Notes under the pieces: generated by a model | Database searches by the model: none | What the model was told of the DNA's origin: nothing | What the model saw: only the letters and a program-made list of their open reading frames with translations | NCBI RefSeq assembly: GCF_029227855.1 | Contig: NZ_CP074356.1 | Length of the DNA: 64,000 nt | From: Escherichia coli | Lineage (GTDB): Bacteria; Pseudomonadota; Gammaproteobacteria; Enterobacterales; Enterobacteriaceae | Reading direction: 5' to 3' (one strand) | Program-made: the position numbers and the translations under genes | In this document: in pieces, positions 56,407 through 64,000 of the stretch | Layout: every line of letters starts with the position of its first letter | Numbering within the stretch: position 1 is the first letter of the stretch

Positions 56407-57052
56407 AATAATACATTACTGTTGGTTCGGGGGCGGGGATAAACCTGCTTTAGTTAAAAAATGTATGGGGACATGGGAAAAAGTCTTGCCTGGTTGGGAT
56501 ATTATTGAATGGAACGAAGATAATTCGCCAGTATCAGTTCCTTATGTAAAAAATGCGTTAGAAGATAAACGATATGCATTTGCTGCTGATTATGTAAGAT
56601 TCTATGCGCTAAAAACCATGGGAGGAGTTTATCTTGATACTGATATGGAATTGATCAAAGATATTTCTCCGCTTTTGAATAATAAATTCTTTACAGCGAA
56701 AGAATCAGAGGAGCTTATTAATGCAGCAATAATGGGGAGTGAAAAAGATGGGAGATTTGTCAATTTAGTAATCCAAGAATTACAATTGCGCACAGGACAT
56801 ACTTACGAATCTATACCAAAAATACTTACTGATATATTTAATACAGGAAATGGATTTAAAGATGAAACAACCATTTATGATAAGGAATATTTTTATCCTT
56901 ATAATCCCTTTGATAATAAACGAAATGAAGTTAAACAACTTTTCTATTGTGATATAACTCCTCATACTTATGCCATTCATCACTGGCAACAAAGTTGGCA
57001 CTATACATTTCTTGAACGGGTTATTAACAGAATAAGGATGCTTATAAAGTGA
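56396..57052 (+). CDS. Glycosyltransferase (sugar-transferase DXD family, GT32-like)
   Basis: 218 aa; MIPKIIHYCWFGGG...YLDTDMELIKD, typical of the Gly_transf_sug family. Confidence 0.7.
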   Translation: MIPKIIHYCWFGGGDKPALVKKCMGTWEKVLPGWDIIEWNEDNSPVSVPYVKNALEDKRYAFAADYVRFYALKTMGGVYLDTDMELIKDISPLLNNKFFTAKESEELINAAIMGSEKDGRFVNLVIQELQLRTGHTYESIPKILTDIFNTGNGFKDETTIYDKEYFYPYNPFDNKRNEVKQLFYCDITPHTYAIHHWQQSWHYTFLERVINRIRMLIK

Positions 57053-57819
57053 GTGGAAATAAATTAATAAGCATAATTATGGCATCAAATAAAATAGATG
57101 AGTTTCTACCTCTGGCAATAAACTCAATTCTTGAACAAACATATCAAAATATCGAAGTGATTTTTGTTGCTAATGGTGATAAAGCTCACTGTATTAGTTT
57201 GTATATAAAAAATTTTTTTAAAGATGAGCGAATCAAAATTTATGAAACACCAATAGGCCAACTATCACATGCGCTTAACCTCGCTATTTCTAACGCATCG
57301 GGTGATTATATTGCCCGCATGGATGCTGATGACATTAGTTTACCTGAGCGATTAACTAAACAGTTGGAATATTTAAGGTCACATAATTTAGATATGGTAG
57401 GTTCGGATATAATTCACATAGATACAAATGGAGAAGTTATTGGGATTAAACATTATCCCAAAGGGTTAAATAAAATTAACAAACAATTGTATTTTAGGAA
57501 TACTTTTTCGCATAGCACTATACTAATCAAAAAAAAAATACTCATTTCAGCGAGAGGCTACAATGCTGGATTTAATTCAGAGGACTATGATCTCTGGTTA
57601 AGATTAAGACGGAAGAATATCAAATGGGATAATATGGAGGAATGCCTCTTAAAATATCGTATACATAGTGCATCTACACAAAGGAAGAGATTGGGTTACG
57701 CCGAAGTCGCGGGTTATTCTCTACGTGAATTTTTATTACGTTTCTCATTTATTGGTATTTTTTCTGTTTTAATTCATATTGTTAAAGTTTATATTAAATC
57801 ATCTTCTCATGAAGAATGA
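57049..57819 (+). CDS. Glycosyltransferase family 2
   Basis: 256 aa; ISIIMASNKIDEFLPLAINSILEQTYQNIEVIFV...DADD. Confidence 0.8.
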   Translation: MSGNKLISIIMASNKIDEFLPLAINSILEQTYQNIEVIFVANGDKAHCISLYIKNFFKDERIKIYETPIGQLSHALNLAISNASGDYIARMDADDISLPERLTKQLEYLRSHNLDMVGSDIIHIDTNGEVIGIKHYPKGLNKINKQLYFRNTFSHSTILIKKKILISARGYNAGFNSEDYDLWLRLRRKNIKWDNMEECLLKYRIHSASTQRKRLGYAEVAGYSLREFLLRFSFIGIFSVLIHIVKVYIKSSSHEE

Positions 57820-58010
57820 TTTATATTTTAGGATAATTAACTATTTAAATTAGAATCATTTGAGCAAACTTAGGTAACTCTATATAATACACAGCATTGC
57901 AAATGAGTAACATATTGGAATAGCCATTCAATGGTAATATTACAAATTGCTTTAATAATAATGGATCATTTAGCTATGGTGCAATATTTTCTTCTTGCGG
58001 AATTTTACCC

Positions 58011-59129
58011 ATGAAAATACTTCTAATAGGAAACCTCTCTGATACTATTGTATTATTCAGAGAGAAGTTAATAAGAGAGTTGATTAAAAAAAATATCACG
58101 GTTTATACATTAACGATGGATTCTAATCAAGAAAACTTCAACATCATTGCCAGCTACGGGGCCAAACCTGATTCATACTCTTTTTCTCGTTCAGGTACAA
58201 ATCCTTTTTCTGATATTTGGGATACATACAAATTAAATAAAAAAATAAAAAAAATAAAACCTGACGTTGTTCTTTCTTTTTTTCCAAAACCTGTTATTTA
58301 TGGTTCTTTAGCTGCTAAAATAGCAGGGGTGAAAAAAATATTTAGTCTCTTGGAAGGACTTGGTTTTTGCTATACGAATAATTCTAGTCCAATTAGTCTC
58401 AAAAGGAAGATATTAAAATGTATACAAACAATGCTATACAGAATTAGCTTGCCATTATGTAATAAAGTTTTTTTCTTAAACAAGGATGATTTTAATGATC
58501 TCATTATTGATAATAAAATAACCATAAAGAATTATGAAATAATTGGTGGAATTGGTGTTAATTTAGAAGAGTACAGTTATAAGCAACCAAAGATTGATAA
58601 AATACATTTTGGGATGGTTTCGCGATTACTAGTCGAGAAAGGTATTCGCGAATTTGTTTTGGCCGCGAGCCAGGTGAAAAAAAAATTTCCTGAGGTCGAA
58701 TTTAGTATTGCTGGCGCAATTGATGATAATCCTGGTGGTATAACCGAAGATGAGATAAAAAAATGGGAATCAGAGGGGGTTGTCAAATTTTTAGGTCAAG
58801 TTTCTAATGTTAAAAGTTATTTATCTAATATCTCTGTTTTCGTTTTGCCATCTTACCGAGAAGGCGTACCAAGAAGTACTCAAGAAGCGATGGCTATTGG
58901 GCTTCCAATAATTACAACTAATGTTCCTGGTTGTCGTGATACAATTATCAATATGGTAAATGGAATCATGATCCCACCATTTGATATTCAGTCTCTAGCG
59001 GACGCAATGGTATTTTTTATACAAAACCCTCAGAGTATAACAATAATGGGTAGAGAAAGTAGAATAATTGCAGAGAAAAAGTTTAATGAAATAGAAGCCG
59101 CGAATAAATTACTTAAATTAATAATCTAA
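58011..59129 (+). CDS. Glycosyltransferase family 4 (GT-B, retaining)
   Basis: 372 aa; C-terminal EX7E-type region PSYREGVPRSTQEAMAIGLPIITTNVPG. Confidence 0.8.
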   Translation: MKILLIGNLSDTIVLFREKLIRELIKKNITVYTLTMDSNQENFNIIASYGAKPDSYSFSRSGTNPFSDIWDTYKLNKKIKKIKPDVVLSFFPKPVIYGSLAAKIAGVKKIFSLLEGLGFCYTNNSSPISLKRKILKCIQTMLYRISLPLCNKVFFLNKDDFNDLIIDNKITIKNYEIIGGIGVNLEEYSYKQPKIDKIHFGMVSRLLVEKGIREFVLAASQVKKKFPEVEFSIAGAIDDNPGGITEDEIKKWESEGVVKFLGQVSNVKSYLSNISVFVLPSYREGVPRSTQEAMAIGLPIITTNVPGCRDTIINMVNGIMIPPFDIQSLADAMVFFIQNPQSITIMGRESRIIAEKKFNEIEAANKLLKLII

Positions 59130-59159
59130 TATATAGATTAACATCTACCGGAGTGTTTT

Positions 59160-60179
59160 ATGGCTATTCTTGTTACTGGCGGAGTTGGTTATATCGCTTC
59201 GCACACTATTATAACTTTACTAGAAAAAGGTGAAGAAGTTATAATACTTGATAATTTATCAAATTCATTCTACGAATCTTTGCATAAAGTTAAAAAAATT
59301 ACCGGGTATGATAGTCGATTTTATAGAGGTGATATACTTGACAAAGAGCTCTTACGCAAAATATTCAAAGAAAACACTATTTCTGACGTAATTCATTTTG
59401 CAGGCTATAAATCTGTAAAAGAATCCATTTCTCACCCATTGAAATACTATCAAAATAACGTTTCTGGTACATTGTCATTAATAGATGCGATGGGGGAGGC
59501 TTGTGTAAAAAGTTTGATTTTTAGCTCATCAGCTACAGTATATGGTGAACCAGAAAGAATACCTTTAGATGAAAATTGCAGAATTGGAGGTACAACGAAT
59601 CCATACGGCACGTCCAAGTTATTCGTAGAAAAATTCCTTATTGATTATTCACATGCATTCCCTGATTTTAGAACTACCATCTTAAGATATTTCAACCCTG
59701 TCGGTGCTCATCCATCTGGTGAAATAGGGGAAGATCCCAATGGTATACCTAACAACTTAATGCCATATATATGTCAAGTTGCTATAGGGAAGCAACAACA
59801 CCTCACTATCTTTGGTAGCGATTATCCAACAAAAGATGGTACAGGTGTTCGTGATTATATCCATGTCATGGATCTTGCTGAAGGGCATGTTGCAGCGTTA
59901 GAACATCGAAATGAAGGAGCAAATTGCAAGATCTATAATCTCGGGACGGGCACAGGATACTCAGTACTGGAACTTGTTGATGCATTTCAAAGAGTTACTG
60001 CACGTAAAGTTCCATATGTATTCAGTAAACGACGACCTGGTGATATTGCTGAGTGTTGGTCTGATCCTTCTAAGGCTTATAGGGAACTTGGATGGAAAGC
60101 GAAGCGTGGGTTGGAAGAAATGGTTCGAGATGCCTGGAATTGGCAACAAAAGAATCCGAACGGTTATATAAAAGCATGA
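59160..60179 (+). CDS. gne: NAD-dependent UDP-hexose 4-epimerase (GalE/Gne family)
   Basis: 339 aa; Rossmann motif VTGGVGYIASH and catalytic YGTSK; UDP-GlcNAc versus UDP-Glc specificity cannot be told from sequence alone. Confidence 0.8.
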   Translation: MAILVTGGVGYIASHTIITLLEKGEEVIILDNLSNSFYESLHKVKKITGYDSRFYRGDILDKELLRKIFKENTISDVIHFAGYKSVKESISHPLKYYQNNVSGTLSLIDAMGEACVKSLIFSSSATVYGEPERIPLDENCRIGGTTNPYGTSKLFVEKFLIDYSHAFPDFRTTILRYFNPVGAHPSGEIGEDPNGIPNNLMPYICQVAIGKQQHLTIFGSDYPTKDGTGVRDYIHVMDLAEGHVAALEHRNEGANCKIYNLGTGTGYSVLELVDAFQRVTARKVPYVFSKRRPGDIAECWSDPSKAYRELGWKAKRGLEEMVRDAWNWQQKNPNGYIKA

Positions 60180-60297
60180 ATGCTCAATGGTATTTTTGTC
60201 AATCTTAAAAATTATCGATTTTATGTATCCTGAGTTAACATAGCATCTACATTGACCTGAGTTATGTTTCGCAGTATCACCCTGACAGGAGTAAACA

Positions 60298-61704
60298 ATG
60301 TCAAAGCAACAGATCGGCGTAGTCGGTATGGCAGTGATGGGGCGCAACCTTGCGCTCAACATCGAAAGCCGTGGTTATACCGTCTCTATTTTCAACCGTT
60401 CCCGTGAGAAGACGGAAGAAGTGATTGCCGAAAATCCAGGCAAGAAACTGGTTCCTTACTATACGGTGAAAGAGTTTGTTGAATCTCTGGAAACGCCTCG
60501 TCGCATCCTGTTAATGGTGAAAGCAGGTGCAGGCACGGATGCTGCTATTGATTCCCTCAAGCCGTACCTCGATAAAGGTGACATCATCATTGATGGTGGT
60601 AACACCTTCTTCCAGGACACCATTCGTCGTAACCGTGAGCTTTCTTCAGAAGGCTTTAACTTCATCGGTACCGGTGTCTCCGGTGGTGAAGAAGGTGCGC
60701 TGAAAGGTCCTTCCATTATGCCTGGTGGGCAGAAAGAAGCCTATGAACTGGTAGCGCCGATCCTGACCAAAATCGCCGCAGTAGCTGAAGACGGAGAGCC
60801 ATGCGTTACCTATATTGGTGCCGATGGTGCAGGTCACTATGTGAAGATGGTTCACAACGGTATTGAATACGGTGATATGCAACTGATTGCTGAAGCCTAT
60901 TCTCTCCTGAAAGGCGGCCTGAATCTCTCTAACGAAGAACTGGCACAGACCTTTACCGAGTGGAATAACGGTGAACTGAGTAGCTATCTGATCGACATCA
61001 CCAAAGATATCTTCACCAAAAAAGATGAAGACGGTAACTACCTGGTTGATGTGATCCTGGATGAAGCAGCAAACAAAGGTACGGGCAAATGGACCAGCCA
61101 GAGCGCGCTGGATCTCGGCGAACCACTGTCTCTGATTACCGAGTCTGTGTTTGCACGTTATATCTCTTCTCTGAAAGATCAGCGCGTTGCCGCATCTAAA
61201 GTTCTTTCTGGTCCGCAAGCGCAGCCGGCAGGCGACAAAGCTGAGTTCATTGAAAAAGTTCGCCGTGCGCTGTATCTGGGCAAAATCGTTTCTTACGCTC
61301 AGGGCTTTTCTCAGCTACGCGCCGCGTCTGAAGAGTACAATTGGGATCTGAACTACGGCGAAATCGCGAAGATTTTCCGTGCTGGTTGCATCATCCGTGC
61401 GCAGTTCCTGCAGAAAATCACCGATGCATATTCCGAAAACCCGCAGATCGCTAACCTGCTGCTGGCTCCGTACTTCAAGCAAATTGCCGATGACTACCAG
61501 CAGGCGCTGCGTGATGTCGTTGCTTATGCGGTACAGAACGGTATCCCGGTTCCGACCTTCGCCGCTGCGGTTGCCTATTATGACAGCTACCGTGCTGCTG
61601 TTCTGCCTGCGAATCTGATCCAGGCTCAGCGTGACTATTTTGGTGCGCATACTTATAAGCGCATTGATAAAGAAGGTGTGTTCCATACTGAATGGCTGGA
61701 TTAA
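60298..61704 (+). CDS. gnd: 6-phosphogluconate dehydrogenase, decarboxylating
   Basis: 468 aa; [27 protein letters not shown]; GC content abruptly higher than the upstream O-antigen genes. Confidence 0.95.
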   Translation: MSKQQIGVVGMAVMGRNLALNIESRGYTVSIFNRSREKTEEVIAENPGKKLVPYYTVKEFVESLETPRRILLMVKAGAGTDAAIDSLKPYLDKGDIIIDGGNTFFQDTIRRNRELSSEGFNFIGTGVSGGEEGALKGPSIMPGGQKEAYELVAPILTKIAAVAEDGEPCVTYIGADGAGHYVKMVHNGIEYGDMQLIAEAYSLLKGGLNLSNEELAQTFTEWNNGELSSYLIDITKDIFTKKDEDGNYLVDVILDEAANKGTGKWTSQSALDLGEPLSLITESVFARYISSLKDQRVAASKVLSGPQAQPAGDKAEFIEKVRRALYLGKIVSYAQGFSQLRAASEEYNWDLNYGEIAKIFRAGCIIRAQFLQKITDAYSENPQIANLLLAPYFKQIADDYQQALRDVVAYAVQNGIPVPTFAAAVAYYDSYRAAVLPANLIQAQRDYFGAHTYKRIDKEGVFHTEWLD

Positions 61705-61730
61705 TCTGATTTAACCAACAATAAATTGAG

Positions 61731-61760
61731 GCCCGGCGTATATTACGCCGGGCTTTTTTG
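61731..61760 (+). terminator. Rho-independent terminator of gnd
   Basis: GCCCGGCGTATATTACGCCGGGC hairpin followed by TTTTTTG. Confidence 0.75.
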
Positions 61761-61764
61761 TGCA

Positions 61765-62472
61765 CAGAAAACCCCCAGCTAGGCTGGGGGTTCCGGAAAG
61801 CTTTCAGCTTTGAGCCAGTTATTAAAACCCCTTTTGATTTGTTAAAACACTTTGCGGTCTGGCAACTGCAAGTGTCAAACAAGAAATCAAAAGGGGGTCC
61901 CAATGGGGAACGAAAAGAGCTTAGCGCACACCCGATGGAACTGTAAATATCACATAGTTTTTGCGCCAAAATACCGAAGACAGGTGTTCTACAGAGAGAA
62001 GCGTAGAGCAATAGGCAGTATTTTGAGAAAGCTGTGTGAGTGGAAAAGCGTACGGATTCTGGAAGCTGAATGCTGTGCAGATCATATCCATATGCTTGTG
62101 GAGATCCCGCCCAAAATGAGCGTATCCGGCTTTATGGGATATCTGAAAGGGAAAAGCAGTCTGATGCTTTACGAGCAGTTTGGTGATTTGAAATTCAAAT
62201 ACAGGAACAGGGAGTTCTGGTGCAGAGGGTACTACGTCGATACGGTGGGTAAGAACACGGCGAAGATACAGGATTACATAAAGCACCAGCTTGAAGAGGA
62301 TAAAATGGGAGAGCAGTTATCGATTCCCTATCCGGGCAGCCCGTTTACGGGCCGTAAGTAACGAAGTTGGATGCAAATGTCAGATCGTGTGCGCCTGTTA
62401 GGGCGCGGCTGGTAAGAGAGCCTTATAGGCGCATTTGAAAAACCTCCGGCTATGCCGGAGGATATTTATTTT
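61765..62472 (+). mobile_element. IS200-family insertion sequence (IS200/IS605 family); boundaries approximate
   Basis: About 0.7 kb element between gnd and ugd carrying a tnpA ORF; left-end hairpin CCCCCAGCTAGGCTGGGGG and right-end hairpin CCTCCGGCTATGCCGGAGG. gnd and ugd are directly adjacent in K-12. Confidence 0.7.
61903..62361 (+). CDS. tnpA: IS200 transposase TnpA (HUH Y1 transposase)
   Basis: 152 aa from ATG at 61903; MGNEKSLAHTRWNCKYHIVFAPKYRRQVFY...HIHMLVEIPPK (HuH motif) is characteristic of IS200 TnpA. Confidence 0.85.
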   Translation: MGNEKSLAHTRWNCKYHIVFAPKYRRQVFYREKRRAIGSILRKLCEWKSVRILEAECCADHIHMLVEIPPKMSVSGFMGYLKGKSSLMLYEQFGDLKFKYRNREFWCRGYYVDTVGKNTAKIQDYIKHQLEEDKMGEQLSIPYPGSPFTGRK

Positions 62473-62654
62473 TACCAATTATCTTATAGACTAAATTTCA
62501 CTGCTTAATATTAACTTAATAAATATCAGCTATTCTTATAAAGAAATTCTGAATTGTTTTTCGTTGCGTTGACCATCCAACAACGTAGCGTTAAAACTTT
62601 TAGCTCTTATCAGGATGCTAAAAACATCATGATTCACAGTTAAGTTAATTCTGA

Positions 62655-63830
<1,176 letters not shown>

Positions 63831-63840
63831 CATCCTGTTA

Positions 63841-63871
63841 TCAGGGCTATTTACGCCCTGATTGTCTTTTG
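63841..63871 (+). terminator. Rho-independent terminator of ugd
   Basis: TCAGGGCTATTTACGCCCTGA hairpin followed by TTGTCTTTTGTT. Confidence 0.6.
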
Positions 63872-63975
63872 TTACTTGCGTAACAATTCATTATTTTTAT
63901 CAATTATCCTATAGCATTCATGAGGATTATCGCTAAACTATGCGGACTTGGAAATTTCCGTCAGTTAGGGTAATG

Positions 63976-64000
63976 ATGAGAGTAGAAAATAATAATGTTT
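63976..64000 (+). CDS. wzzB: O-antigen chain-length determinant WzzB, first 8 codons only (continues beyond window)
   Basis: ATG AGA GTA GAA AAT AAT AAT GTT gives MRVENNNV, the remembered WzzB N-terminus, at the expected position after ugd. Confidence 0.5.

Noticed and set aside
61475-62011. 178-aa minus-strand ORF spanning the gnd 3' end and the IS200 left end
   Set aside because: It crosses the gnd terminator and the IS boundary and is antisense to both gnd and tnpA; implausible as a gene.

Overview
This window reads as an Escherichia coli chromosomal segment, in reverse-complement orientation relative to the K-12 map, and almost all of it is recognisable. All identifications are from reading the sequence and ORF translations against remembered E. 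coli proteins; no database search was possible. From start to end: a 5'-truncated minus-strand repeat-protein gene that is not K-12 yegQ (1..1328), yegP, the baeSR-mdtABCD operon on the minus strand, three tandem ibs/sib type I toxin-antitoxin units, the yegL-yegK-yegI operon (vWA protein, PP2C phosphatase, Hanks-type kinase) with convergent yegD, alkA, dgcE, udk, dcd, asmA, yegH, the complete colanic acid cluster (wza to wcaM), galF, an AT-rich O-antigen cluster that is not the K-12 O16 set, gnd, an IS200-like insertion, ugd and the first codons of wzzB. The best candidate for a poorly described system is the translationally coupled yegL-yegK-yegI triad, which matches the TerY-P architecture; its domains are known, but its function at this locus is not. 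The truncated repeat protein at the window start and the triplicated ibs/sib array are the next most interesting. No CRISPR array, tRNA or rRNA was seen.
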